A stretch of 64,000 nucleotides of DNA, from assembly GCA_963737065.1 (NCBI GenBank), contig CAVTRC010000001.1:1248001-1312000 (forward strand), in the 5' to 3' direction. Origin of the DNA: Candidatus Eremiobacteria bacterium. Lineage in GTDB: Bacteria; Vulcanimicrobiota; Vulcanimicrobiia; Vulcanimicrobiales; Vulcanimicrobiaceae. Shown here piece by piece: positions 19,599-30,940 of the stretch. Made by a program: the position numbers and the translations under genes. The notes under the pieces were generated by a model, which was given only the letters and a program-made list of their open reading frames with translations, ran no database searches and was not told the DNA's origin. The number at the start of each line of letters is the position of its first letter. Positions within the stretch are counted from its first letter, which is position 1.

Positions 19599-21053
19599 AT
19601 GAACCGACTTCCCGTTGCGTGGCGCCGCATAGCGTCACTGCTTTTGCTCTGCGCCGCTTCGGCCGCGCTTCCGCTCGCGCTCTTCACTTCGACAACCGGG
19701 AGGGCGCGCGCCGATCAGACCATTACGCTTCGTACGGGGCAATCTACGGTATTGTCAACGCCGGGGCTCTCGCGCGTAGCGGTTGGAAATAGTGCGATCG
19801 CGGGCGTCGTTCCGGTCGGAACATCCGAAGTCGTGATCAATGCGAAGGACAACGGACAGACGACCGTCGTGGTATGGGAAGGCCGCGTACAGGAAAGCTA
19901 CACGGTCGTCGTCACTGACGGCGGCCTCGACGACATCGCGTCGATGGTGAAGGCGGCCGTGCAAGATCCTGACGTACGGTTCGTCAACTTCGCGCACGCG
20001 CTCATCGTTCGCGGTAAGGTTGACACGCGTGCGCAGTACGTCCAACTGCAGACGGTTCTCACGCGGTTCGAGCCGATGGCGAAAGCGAACCACTTCACGA
20101 TCGTCAACGCGGTCACGCTGCGTCATTCGTATGCCCAGTCCGGACGGGCGCTTTCAGTCGAAGGCGCTCGAGATATCTCGGTGGAGCCCGACGGCCAGGG
20201 AAATCTGATCGTAACCGGTGAGGTCGATTCGCTCGAACACGCCGAGCAGGTTCTCGCGCGCGCGCAATCGCTAGCCGGCGCGGACTTCGGCGCAACAGGA
20301 AAACTGATCGACCGGCTCATCGTCAACGGGATCACGCAGATCGATATCAAGGTCTACGTGCTCGAAGTCGATCAAAACGCCGCATCGCAGCTGGGGCTGC
20401 GCCTGCAGTCTTCCCAGGTCAACGGCTCGGTTTCCGGCGGATTCGTTTACGGACCGCCGAGCTTTCCGGTCACCGAAAACTGCGGCTCGTGCGCGAACGG
20501 CAAAGCGCTCAGCGTCGGACCATGGATTCGGACGACGCTTTTGGCTCCAACGCTCGACCTGCTGATGCAGACGGGCCACGCGCGAATTCTTTCGAGCCCC
20601 GACCTCGTCGCTCAAAGCGGAACCGAAGCGTCGTTCCTCGTCGGCGGCCAAATTCCGTATCTGTTTTCGAGCGGCCTCGGCCAAGTCTCCGTCGTCTTCA
20701 AGCCGTACGGCGTCAACCTCAAAGTCACGCCGAAGCTCCTGCCGAACGGCGACGTACAAGCGCTCGTGAATCCGGACATCTCCGATCTGGACTACCAAAA
20801 CTCGGTCTCGTTCGGCGGCTACACCGTGCCGGCGCTCAAAGAAAGCACGATCTCGACGAGCGTCATCGCCCAAAACGGCCAAAGCATCATCCTGGGCGGC
20901 TTATTGAAGCACCTGGACCAACGGGTCATCCAAAAGATCCCGGTGCTCAGCAGCATTCCGGTGCTCGGCAAACTGTTTCAAAGCACCCAATATCAGATGG
21001 GAGACACGCAAGTGGTGTTCGTCATGACGCCGAGCGTGATTCGCTCGAAATGA
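19599..21053 (+). CDS. cpaC: Tad secretin CpaC/RcpA
   Basis: 'RVAVGNSAIA' N-domain; secretin 'ARILSSPDLVAQSGTEASFLVGGQIP', 'KIPVLSSIPVLGKLF', 'VFVMTP'. Confidence 0.92.
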   Translation: MNRLPVAWRRIASLLLLCAASAALPLALFTSTTGRARADQTITLRTGQSTVLSTPGLSRVAVGNSAIAGVVPVGTSEVVINAKDNGQTTVVVWEGRVQESYTVVVTDGGLDDIASMVKAAVQDPDVRFVNFAHALIVRGKVDTRAQYVQLQTVLTRFEPMAKANHFTIVNAVTLRHSYAQSGRALSVEGARDISVEPDGQGNLIVTGEVDSLEHAEQVLARAQSLAGADFGATGKLIDRLIVNGITQIDIKVYVLEVDQNAASQLGLRLQSSQVNGSVSGGFVYGPPSFPVTENCGSCANGKALSVGPWIRTTLLAPTLDLLMQTGHARILSSPDLVAQSGTEASFLVGGQIPYLFSSGLGQVSVVFKPYGVNLKVTPKLLPNGDVQALVNPDISDLDYQNSVSFGGYTVPALKESTISTSVIAQNGQSIILGGLLKHLDQRVIQKIPVLSSIPVLGKLFQSTQYQMGDTQVVFVMTPSVIRSK

Positions 21054-21244
21054 GCGTTGCGGCGCTGCTTCGCGACGAAGAAGGTGCGACGCTGACGGAA
21101 TACGGCGTGCTGCTCGCGTCTTTCAGCGTTCTCGGAATCGGCGGATTACTTGCCGTCGCTTCGTCGGCGAATTCGCTTCTTCAATCAATCTTCACGAACA
21201 CGACGGCGATGCAACAATGCCCGCCGGGAACGGCGGGATGCTGA
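21050..21244 (+). CDS. Second Flp-type pilin
   Basis: 'RDEEG|ATLTEYGVLL', C-terminal Cys pair. Confidence 0.85.
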   Translation: MSVAALLRDEEGATLTEYGVLLASFSVLGIGGLLAVASSANSLLQSIFTNTTAMQQCPPGTAGC

Positions 21245-22239
21245 CCGGACGTCGACGTGGCGCCGCGATGGCGGAAACCGTTTCGGTGCTGGGCTTTACG
21301 CTGGCGCTGCTGTTCGGCGCCTCACAAATCGTACTCGCCGGATACGACCAGCTGCAGCTCGACGCGGCGACGTTTCTCTATTCTCATGCGTACGCGCTCA
21401 CCGGTTCGGTGCCGACCGCTAAACTTCAGCAAGTGCTGCCCGCTATTCCGCCCGGGAACATCGTAACGAAGCCGTCGGCTCCGCCGAATACGGAAGGAAC
21501 CGACGCCAACGCCGCCTCGGTTCTTGGTGAATATACGACCGGCGGCGTATCGAACGGCCCATCGCAGCCGAACAGCTCGCGATACGGCGGAGCGTCCATT
21601 ATTCTGCCACAGCAGATCGTATCGCAAGGCACGCTTTCGCTGCCGTCGTTCGACCTGTCGCTTTTTTCGAATCCGGTGAAATTCACGTCGGGGAACGTCG
21701 AGGGCCGAGCGATGGTCGTCAATCACGACGACGATGCGACCGGATACTCATACAACTCGACGCAGTCATCCGGCAATCTCGTCGCACCGATGAGCGCGAG
21801 CGGAGACGATCAGAACGTTCCCCCGTACTACTTCGCAATGGCTTCGATGAAACAGTGCAAATCGAGCACGAGCGATTTCCTCGACTGCGGCCTCGGGACC
21901 AGCCTGTACGCGCTCGGCCTCGCAGAGTATCTGAAAGACGTTTCGAACAGCTCGGCGAGCAACGGAAACTATCAGAACGGAACGAACGGCGTTGCGTACG
22001 GTAGCGCGTTCGGCGCAATGACGTGCCATCAACGATTCTATGCGACCGTCGCGGCGGCACTTCAATTGTATTCGGACTACACGACGGTCACAGCGGCTCC
22101 GCAGCCGAACGCGTTCGAGACGGCGGCACTCCAGGCGACGAACTACGACGTCGATGTTTTTGCGATGGGCGGTGTCAGCGGAGACTACGGGACAAAGTTT
22201 CCGCAACATCCGAATTACCTGATCGGTGGAGCGTGCTAA
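21238..22239 (+). CDS. TadE-like pseudopilin with extended C-terminal domain
   Basis: 'RRG|AAMAE' + hydrophobic helix; Ser/Thr/Gly/Asn-rich tail with Cys. Confidence 0.7.
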   Translation: MLTGRRRGAAMAETVSVLGFTLALLFGASQIVLAGYDQLQLDAATFLYSHAYALTGSVPTAKLQQVLPAIPPGNIVTKPSAPPNTEGTDANAASVLGEYTTGGVSNGPSQPNSSRYGGASIILPQQIVSQGTLSLPSFDLSLFSNPVKFTSGNVEGRAMVVNHDDDATGYSYNSTQSSGNLVAPMSASGDDQNVPPYYFAMASMKQCKSSTSDFLDCGLGTSLYALGLAEYLKDVSNSSASNGNYQNGTNGVAYGSAFGAMTCHQRFYATVAAALQLYSDYTTVTAAPQPNAFETAALQATNYDVDVFAMGGVSGDYGTKFPQHPNYLIGGAC

Positions 22240-23309
22240 TGTTTGGGAAGCATGGGCAGCGTGGACAGACGCTTCCGATTTGGACGTTCGGTACGCTGAC
22301 CACGCTCGCGTTGCTTGCATTTTCCGTCAACTACGGAAACTCGCTGTACTGGCAACTCCGCGCACAAAACGCCGCCGACGCCGCAGCGCAAGGCGCGTTA
22401 TCGATTCAGGCAACCCATTGGAACGCGCTCTTGAGCGATCTGCATGCCGCAGCCGTGGAGGAATACCGGCTGCGTTTCCTGTTGCGCGATCTCGCGGTCG
22501 TCTCGTCTTCGAATGCGGCCGCCGACACCGGATGCACCACGGGCAGCGGCCCGACATCGTGTCAGACGATCTACCAGAACCTCAGCCAGCAATTTACGGC
22601 GGCTGCGAACCGCTACACCTCGGACGTTAAGCTCATTGACTCACTCGATACGCCGACGTATGCGAGCGACGTAGCGGCGGTCAAACAAACCGTCGCGAAC
22701 TTCCAGACGAACTGCGCCTCGACGTCGGGCGGCGATTGCGCGTTTTCCTATTCGGTCGTGAACCCGCAGCCGCGCACGCTCGCCTTACATGACGTATTTT
22801 CGGATTGCTGCGGCAGTACGGTTGGAGGCGGTTCGACCTCTCCCGCGGCGCTCAATCAGAATCTCGTTCCGCTGCAGATCGAAGTCATCGCGTGCGCAAC
22901 CGTCAAGCCGCTCTTTCCGACGATTCTGTCGTGGAGCGCTTCACCAAACTTCATTGCGATCGGTCGAGCCGCAGCGACAACGATCATGGCGACGCAAGAG
23001 TTCATGGAGAGCGGCGGCATCGTGAACCCGCTCAGTTCGAAACCGTTCCAGCCGGCGGAATTTCCGGAATCGTCCGGCGACACACCGCTGTTCTCGAACA
23101 ACGATCCGAATTTGCGCATCGATTTCGGTGGAAATATCGACGCCCCGTATGGAAACAACGGCAATCCCCAGACGTCGAGCCCGAACGGGTCGTTTGGCGG
23201 AACGCTCGGGAATCAGGCGATGGATACGTACGTAGGATGGTGGACGACGGTTTCGATACCGCCCTACAGCGGCACGCTTACGGAAGCGCAGTACACGTGC
23301 AAGTCATGA
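22239..23309 (+). CDS. TadG-like protein
   Basis: 'QRG|QTL' + TM + 'AQNAADAAAQGA' Tad N-terminal signature. Confidence 0.8.
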   Translation: MFGKHGQRGQTLPIWTFGTLTTLALLAFSVNYGNSLYWQLRAQNAADAAAQGALSIQATHWNALLSDLHAAAVEEYRLRFLLRDLAVVSSSNAAADTGCTTGSGPTSCQTIYQNLSQQFTAAANRYTSDVKLIDSLDTPTYASDVAAVKQTVANFQTNCASTSGGDCAFSYSVVNPQPRTLALHDVFSDCCGSTVGGGSTSPAALNQNLVPLQIEVIACATVKPLFPTILSWSASPNFIAIGRAAATTIMATQEFMESGGIVNPLSSKPFQPAEFPESSGDTPLFSNNDPNLRIDFGGNIDAPYGNNGNPQTSSPNGSFGGTLGNQAMDTYVGWWTTVSIPPYSGTLTEAQYTCKS

Positions 23310-23971
23310 GGTCGCACGCGTGCCGCGGACAGGCGTTCGTCGAGACGATGATCTTTTTGCCAGTCTTTCTGCTCGTGCTCTTCGGTATTATTTGGATCGT
23401 GCAATCATCGGTCGTGAACGAACGGCTTCAATTCGCCGTGCGGTATAGCGGATTAGTGTCAAGCCAAGTCAGTCCGTACAGCGCCTGGAGCTTGTACTCG
23501 CTCTACGAAAATACGGAGTATCCCGGCTCGGCCACGAATGCGACGCATGCGTGCAGTCCGCCCGCGATCAACATCCTCTCCAACGCCGCACCCTTTCCCG
23601 GTCCGACGAGCCCGCCGTTTTGGGAGCCCGTATCGACCGGCGTTCCGAACTGTACGAATAACAAAGTGACGATGAGCGGCCCTTCGTTCGTACAGCCGGC
23701 GATCTTTTACGAGTCGATCTCGTCGCTTTCGGCCGGCACCGCCGTTCCCGCCTATCTCACATATCAGAATCCGCCGCTTACTTCGCCGCAATTTCTCTCC
23801 GCCACGCAAAAGTTTTTCACGGCGCCCGATATGCAGTTGATGCTGAACTGTTACAGCGACCTCGATCAGGCGGTCCAACAGTCGTTGTCCGGAAGCGGCG
23901 GCAGTAAAGTCTCTCCGCCTACCGCGCTGCCGTTGTATCCCTCGAGCTCGGAGCTCAGTTCCAGTTGTTGA
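23306..23971 (+). CDS. tadE: TadE-family pseudopilin
   Basis: 'RG|QAFVETMIFLPVFLLVLFGII...AVRYS'. Confidence 0.85.
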   Translation: MRSHACRGQAFVETMIFLPVFLLVLFGIIWIVQSSVVNERLQFAVRYSGLVSSQVSPYSAWSLYSLYENTEYPGSATNATHACSPPAINILSNAAPFPGPTSPPFWEPVSTGVPNCTNNKVTMSGPSFVQPAIFYESISSLSAGTAVPAYLTYQNPPLTSPQFLSATQKFFTAPDMQLMLNCYSDLDQAVQQSLSGSGGSKVSPPTALPLYPSSSELSSSC

Positions 23972-25266
23972 GTAACGTGCGCCTTCCGGCGATTTTCAAG
24001 CGACGTGACTACAGCGTCGTCGAGCGGCCGTCGGTCATCGGCACCGTGGACGGCCCGGTCGTCAGCGCGGTGATGTGCATCGCCAACAACTGGCGATCGG
24101 CCGTCTTTGGTGCACGAATCCTCAATAAAAGCCGCGAGACGCTGTACTGCACCGTGTACGGCGAAACGTCGAACGGTCTCGAATCGATTGCGCCCTACGA
24201 GTTCCGCGTGACCTCGCTCGGCATCGAAGATTTCACGATCGTCGTCCCGCGGCGCATTCGCAGAGCGTTCAAGCGCGTGATCGTCTCGATGCGCGGTGCA
24301 ACGCTCGAGTACACGATGGCCGCACTCGTACCACGGTGGGTCCGTCCGATCGTTGCCTTGCCGGTCTGCGCGAGCCTGGTCGCGGCGGCGACCTTCGTGT
24401 TCGCGGGAGTCAATACACTTCAAATCGGCCCGGCCCCCGAACGCGTCCGAACGCAAAGCTTCGTCCAAATCCCGTACGCGGCATTCGGCGTCGGATCGCT
24501 TCGGTACGATGTCATTGAAGGCTCACACGTCATACGCACCGGCGCGCTGCCGCTGGGCCGGGGAGCGGTCTCGTTCGTCGCAGGCGCGCCCGGGACGGAA
24601 ACCGTCCGCCTGACATGGCGCGGGTTGCGCGGCCTGGCACACCGGTCTACGACGGTGCCCGTGAAGCGCGGTCCCACGGTGGAACTTCCACCGGAAATTC
24701 GGTCGTTCGCGATGCAGCGCTCGCGCGTAACATCGGGCGAAGCGATCGGCGTGCAGTATGCCGTATCCAGCGCGACCGCGCGCGCCGTGCTCGTCGATGC
24801 AAGCGGGAAAACGGTCTACTACACTCCGCTCCAAAGCTCGGGGTCCGCCGAACTGCCCGCACCTGCGGTGCAGCGTCCAACGCAATACGCCATTCGCATC
24901 GAAGCGCTCCGCGGCGGGCGGATCGCTTCGACTTCCGCGGCCGTTACGGTATTGCCCGTCGCACCGGCGGTGCTCGATGCGTCGCAGCCGCTGCGCGCGC
25001 AAGACCTCGTGCAGTTACTAACCCCGTACGCGATCGCCGGCAAGCCGCTTGCCGTCTCCATCATCGACCACCGCATTCCGCTGCGCTTGGGATTGCAGAC
25101 GGCCTCGGGCGTCGAAATCGCGCATGTAGATGCGCCGGCGGGCGTTACCGCCGCGATGCTCGATATTCCGAACGCTGCGCGCGGAACGTATTCACTCGTC
25201 GTTACGGTAAAAGACGGCGCGTCGGAACAAGCGGTCGTTCTACCCGTGCCCGTTCGCGCAAAGTGA
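23965..25266 (+). CDS. Single-TM hypothetical protein with beta-rich extracytoplasmic domains
   Basis: Long ORF coupled to both neighbours; central TM 'PIVALPVCASLVAAATFVFAG'. Confidence 0.6.
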   Translation: MLSNVRLPAIFKRRDYSVVERPSVIGTVDGPVVSAVMCIANNWRSAVFGARILNKSRETLYCTVYGETSNGLESIAPYEFRVTSLGIEDFTIVVPRRIRRAFKRVIVSMRGATLEYTMAALVPRWVRPIVALPVCASLVAAATFVFAGVNTLQIGPAPERVRTQSFVQIPYAAFGVGSLRYDVIEGSHVIRTGALPLGRGAVSFVAGAPGTETVRLTWRGLRGLAHRSTTVPVKRGPTVELPPEIRSFAMQRSRVTSGEAIGVQYAVSSATARAVLVDASGKTVYYTPLQSSGSAELPAPAVQRPTQYAIRIEALRGGRIASTSAAVTVLPVAPAVLDASQPLRAQDLVQLLTPYAIAGKPLAVSIIDHRIPLRLGLQTASGVEIAHVDAPAGVTAAMLDIPNAARGTYSLVVTVKDGASEQAVVLPVPVRAK

Positions 25267-26627
25267 CCGCTCGCAGCTTCGCCGCGGTTGCGTTCTTCGC
25301 GGCAATCACCCTTGCGGTCTCTCACGAAGCGATCGCGCACTCCGCGTTCGCGGGAGATTTTCGGGCTTTTTATTGCGCCGGGGAACTCGCACGCCACGCA
25401 GTGTTTTCATATTCGGAACCTGCGATCGCCGCGTGCGAGCAGCGTGCGGCGGGACCCTGGTTTTTCACCGCATCGGCGAGTTTGGTCTACCCGGCACCGC
25501 TGCCGGGGTACGCGGTCGCGCTCTTTGTCCCCCTATCGCTGCTTTCGTTCGGTGCGGCATCGTTACTGTGGTCCGGGCTCGCATTCTTTAGCGCAATCGG
25601 TATTGCGGCGCTTTTAACCTCGCTCCGGATCGTCTCGTTCGATGCCGCAATCCTCGCACTTTCGGTTCCAATGGCAACGATCATCATTCCGACCGGCGAA
25701 CTTCCGTGGATCGCGCTCGCCGGCATCGCGATACTTGCAACGGGAATTTCGCGCGAGCGAAGATCGTTACGAATTGCGGGGCTTGCGTGCATCTGTACGG
25801 AACCGCAATTGGCGATCGGCACGTTGGTGATGCTTTGCGCGCTGCACCGCCGCTACGTCGCCGACGCTGCGGTCGTCGCGATTGCGCTCATCGTGCTCTC
25901 CGCTACGACGATCGGCGTCCAAAACAATGTTTTTTACGTCACGCAGTTCTTGCCGTCGCACGTCGCGGCTGAAACGATACGAGCACAGCAATACGGCGTG
26001 CCGTGGATCGTGGCGCAACTCGGCGCGTCCGTTCAGGCGGCGCAATGGACCGGCCGTGTCGTCTTTGCGCTGGCCCTCGTCCTGACGGTCGTCGTAACGC
26101 GGCGGCTTGCACGGACGGGAGACGCGATCGGCGCGTGCGTGGTCGCGCCCGCCTTCGCGCTGCTCGGCGGCCCGTTCGTACACGAGGATCACTTGCTGTG
26201 CGCTATACCGGCCGCAGTATGGTTAGCATCGTGGCGGCCGGCGCTCGGCATCCCGGCAACGATCGTTCTCGCGCTTCCCATCGAACCGATTTTCGCGCAG
26301 CCGCTGTTGCTTCTGACCGTTCCGATCGTCACGGTGTGGTTTACTGCGGCATCGGGAGCGGGTGCGCGCACCGCGCTGTACGCAGCGCTCGGCGCGATAT
26401 CGTGCGCAGCAATCTTAGCGTTTGCGGCAGCGCATTTCGGGCTCGATTTTGAACGCGGTTCACCGAGTTCGCACGGCGTCTGGGCAAGCTACGTCGCTCA
26501 ACATGACGTGGTACGCGGGTGGGTTATCTGGCTCATCAAGTCGCCGGTGTGGATAACGCTTGTTGCGCTCGGAATTGCAGCGAGCGCGCCGAAAGGGTTT
26601 CGTCAAAATGCGCCGGCAGCCGCGTGA
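25263..26627 (+). CDS. GT-C fold membrane glycosyltransferase (GT87/DUF2029-like)
   Basis: 'GDFRAFYCAG', 'YPAPLPGY...LFVPLSLL', about 11 TM; GTGA overlap with upstream stop. Confidence 0.7.
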   Translation: MTARSFAAVAFFAAITLAVSHEAIAHSAFAGDFRAFYCAGELARHAVFSYSEPAIAACEQRAAGPWFFTASASLVYPAPLPGYAVALFVPLSLLSFGAASLLWSGLAFFSAIGIAALLTSLRIVSFDAAILALSVPMATIIIPTGELPWIALAGIAILATGISRERRSLRIAGLACICTEPQLAIGTLVMLCALHRRYVADAAVVAIALIVLSATTIGVQNNVFYVTQFLPSHVAAETIRAQQYGVPWIVAQLGASVQAAQWTGRVVFALALVLTVVVTRRLARTGDAIGACVVAPAFALLGGPFVHEDHLLCAIPAAVWLASWRPALGIPATIVLALPIEPIFAQPLLLLTVPIVTVWFTAASGAGARTALYAALGAISCAAILAFAAAHFGLDFERGSPSSHGVWASYVAQHDVVRGWVIWLIKSPVWITLVALGIAASAPKGFRQNAPAAA

Positions 26628-26804
26628 GCAGTACACGGTGCCGCTCGACTGAGCGGGCTCAATGGACGTTCAATCTCCCGGTGGAGGCCCCGCGGTCCGG
26701 CGTATGTCCGGCGTCGATGTCAGCCACAATCTCGCGGCGAAGTTCGCGTGCGGATTGCGATCGCGTTCACGGTTTCCGGGTTCGCCATCGCGAAGCGTCA
26801 ATAC

Positions 26805-27670
<866 letters not shown>

Positions 27671-27674
<4 letters not shown>

Positions 27675-29191
27675 AAGCGTTCTACGTCACCACCCCGATC
27701 TATTATATCTCGGGGAATCCGCACATCGGGCACGCGTACACAACGATCGTCGCCGACGTTCTCGCGCGCACGGCGCGAACGGCGGGTCCCGCGTTCTTTC
27801 TGACCGGCACGGACGAACACGGACAGAAAGTCGCAAATGCCGCAGCCGAGCACGGAAAAAGTCCGCAGCAATGGTGTGACGAGCTCATTCCGCGTTGGAA
27901 ATCGCTGTTCGCCGCGTTTCACGTCGAGTACGACGACTTCATTCGAACCACGCAAGCGCGCCACGAAGCGAAAGTGCAGCGCGTGTTCGAACGGCTGCGC
28001 GAACGAGGCGACATCTATCTCGGCACCTACGAGGGTTGGTATTGCGTCGCGGACGAAACGTTCTGGCTCGAGTCGAAACTCGTGAACGGACGCTGTCCGA
28101 CGTGCGGCCGTGAGGTGGAGTGGATCAGCGAACAAGACTGGTTCTTCCGGCTGTCGTCGTATCGCGATCGGTTGATCGAGTACTTCCGTTCGCATCCGGA
28201 CTTCTTGCGCCCGCGCAGCGTCTACAACGAAATGATGGCGATCCTCGACGAGGGACTCGAAGACCTTTCGATTTCGCGCACCAACCTCACGTGGGGCATT
28301 CCGATTCCCGACGAGAGCGGCGTCATCTATGTCTGGTTCGATGCGCTGCTCAACTACATCACGGCGATCGGATGGTCCGAAGACGAGGCACGTTTCCATC
28401 GCTGTTGGCCGGCCGACGTCCAGCTGATCGGCAAAGAAATTGCGCGCTTTCACACGATCATTTGGCCGGCGATTCTTTGGGCGCTCGGCGAAGAGCCGCC
28501 GAAAATGGTCTTTGCGCATGGCTGGATCACGGTCGACGGTCAAAAGATGGGCAAGAGCGTCGGCAACGCGACGGATCCCTTTTCACTCGTCGAGCGCTTC
28601 GGCGCGGATTCGCTTCGGTATTTCTTGCTGCGCGAAGCGCCGTTCGGCAGCGACTTCTCGTATTCGGAAGAGAAGATCGTGCAGCGGCACAATAGCGATC
28701 TCGGGAACGATTTGGGCAATCTGCTCAATCGCATCCTTGCGATGCTGCGCAAATACCGCAACGGCGTCGTTCCGAACCGTCCGGCATCGAGCTCGCTGAT
28801 CGCGCAGTTCGCCGATCTGCCCCAGCGCGCGCGAGAAGCGACGCTTGCGCTGGATTTCCGTGGATCGCTCGAAATGATTTGGGAACTCGTCACGGCGCTC
28901 AATCGCGCAATCGACGAACGCAAACCGTGGTCGCTCGCGAAAGACGGCCGAAACGACGAGCTCGATGCCTTGCTGTACGATCTGTGCGAAGGGCTACGTT
29001 GGCTCGCAATGCTGCTCGCGCCCGTCATGCCGGAACGCATGGGCGAGATGTGGCGTCAGCTCGGCATCGATACGCCGATCGACGCGGATTGGCTGCAAGC
29101 GCTGCGCTATGGCGGCATCGCGCCCGGAACGCAAACCGCTGCGGGCGAACCGCTTTTTCCGCGCATCGAACTTGCCGGAGTATCGCCATAG
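27671..29191 (+). CDS. metG: Methionine--tRNA ligase (short form)
   Basis: 'TTPIYY...PHIGHAY', 'GTDEHGQK', 'YVWFDAL', 'KMGKS'. Confidence 0.97.
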
Positions 29192-29193
29192 AA

Positions 29194-30876
29194 ATGAGCC
29201 GGCGCGGCGGTCCAAGCCGAGGCGTTGTAATCGGCGGCGGCGTCATAGCCGTCGGTGGTCTTGCATTTGCGCTCAGCGTAAGCGCGCGCGACTTTGAACT
29301 CGCCGACTGGATCGTCACTGCGTCCGCTTGCGCGGCGATGTGCTTCTGCGCGCTCTACGGCCTTCCGATTCGTGGATTGCGGATGCGCCGAACCGGAATC
29401 AACGCGGAGGCCGTGTTTCTGTGGCTGACGATTGCGGCACCCCTCTTCGCGCTTGACGGATACACCGGGCCGACGGCTGCCGCGATCGCGACCCTCACCG
29501 GATTTTCAGCCGCCGCCGTTATCCGGCAAACCAATCCCGAGACCGATCTGGCGCGCCACGGCGTCCTGCGAACGCTCGCCGTGCTCGCACTCGTTCCGCT
29601 TGCGCCGCAATTTACGGCGTTGCGCGCGCTGCCGGTCGCGGAAGGCTCGTTGATCTTCGCCGCATTTCTTGCGGTCTACTCGGCGCTGTTCGAAATGCTG
29701 ATCTCCGCGCCGGTAGCCGCATACACCCATCACATTTCCGTTGGACGCGTCCTCGATTGTGTTGCTCGCGATCCGCGAACGTGGATTGCGGGCGCGGGAA
29801 ACGTCGTGTGGGCGACCGTCGTTCGCGATTGCCTCATTAGCGGCCATCCGTATTTTGCGGTCGCAATGTGGATGCCGGTGATCGTTACCGCGCTGCTGTT
29901 GCGGACGATCGATCGACAACACGCCGAGTTGCATCGCTTGCGTCTGGTGCGCGATGCCGTGCAGGCAATGCTCGGCGAACGAGACCCCTTGCCGCAGATC
30001 AACGCGATTCTCGCGACGTTACGAGTCCCTTCATTCGATGAAACCGTCACCGTGCTTGCCGCAACGGGCGCGCGAACGGACACCTGGCGAACGGTTACGA
30101 CGCTCGGACCGCAGCTCAGTTCCGCGGGCGATGAATTGCGCCGCCGCATTCTGCCGCGCTTGAAGTTCAGTGGTTCACCCGAGACGATGCTGCGCGACGA
30201 CTACTATGTGGCATACGCCTTCGGCGCGCGGCTTAGTGACGGCGAACTGCACGGCGCGATGGTCGTCCATCGGCGCTACGATCGCCCGCTTTCCGCAGAG
30301 CAAGTCAATCAATTCACCAACGCCGCGTTTGAACTCGCGCCGCTGCTGCGCGACATGCGCACGATTGCGGCAACCCGGAACGCGGCGACGATGGACGCGC
30401 TCACGGGCGTCTTCAACCGGTCCGCGACGCTCGACCGGCTCCAGCAAATGCTCGACGACATGCCGCTCACGGCGCATGGCGCCGTGCTGCTGCTCGACGT
30501 CGATCATTTCAAGACGATCAACGATCAACTGGGGCACGGAGCCGGCGACGAATGCTTGCGAAAGATTGGCGCGATCATCAAATATGCCGTGCGCGGCGGC
30601 GACACCGCGGGACGTATCGGCGGAGAAGAGTTCCTCATCGTGATGCCGGGTGCGACGCGCGATGTGGCGTTGAGCGTTGCGGAGCGGCTGCGTCTCGCGG
30701 TTGCCCTCGGCGGAATGAAATACGCGAACGCTCAGCCCGTGACGGCAAGCATCGGCGCAGCCGGCGCGATCATCGGCGACACCGTCGAGACACTGCTTGC
30801 GCGCGCGGACCGCGGCCTCTACGAAGCCAAACGGCAAGGACGCAATCGGATCATCGAAAACGAGGAAACGGCGTGA
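29194..30876 (+). CDS. Membrane diguanylate cyclase (TM + GAF-like + GGDEF)
   Basis: 'DALTGVFNR', 'DVDHFKTINDQLGHGAGD', I-site RGGD, active site GGEEF. Confidence 0.92.
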   Translation: MSRRGGPSRGVVIGGGVIAVGGLAFALSVSARDFELADWIVTASACAAMCFCALYGLPIRGLRMRRTGINAEAVFLWLTIAAPLFALDGYTGPTAAAIATLTGFSAAAVIRQTNPETDLARHGVLRTLAVLALVPLAPQFTALRALPVAEGSLIFAAFLAVYSALFEMLISAPVAAYTHHISVGRVLDCVARDPRTWIAGAGNVVWATVVRDCLISGHPYFAVAMWMPVIVTALLLRTIDRQHAELHRLRLVRDAVQAMLGERDPLPQINAILATLRVPSFDETVTVLAATGARTDTWRTVTTLGPQLSSAGDELRRRILPRLKFSGSPETMLRDDYYVAYAFGARLSDGELHGAMVVHRRYDRPLSAEQVNQFTNAAFELAPLLRDMRTIAATRNAATMDALTGVFNRSATLDRLQQMLDDMPLTAHGAVLLLDVDHFKTINDQLGHGAGDECLRKIGAIIKYAVRGGDTAGRIGGEEFLIVMPGATRDVALSVAERLRLAVALGGMKYANAQPVTASIGAAGAIIGDTVETLLARADRGLYEAKRQGRNRIIENEETA

Positions 30877-30940
30877 AAAGCCGGGACCCCGTGATGCCGG
30901 TTACAATCCGCGATCGTACGATGCAGCGACGCCCACTCGT

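Noticed and set aside
26628..26804. Possible small ORF or leader RNA before rsmI
   Set aside because: No recognisable motif, RBS or distinctive structure.
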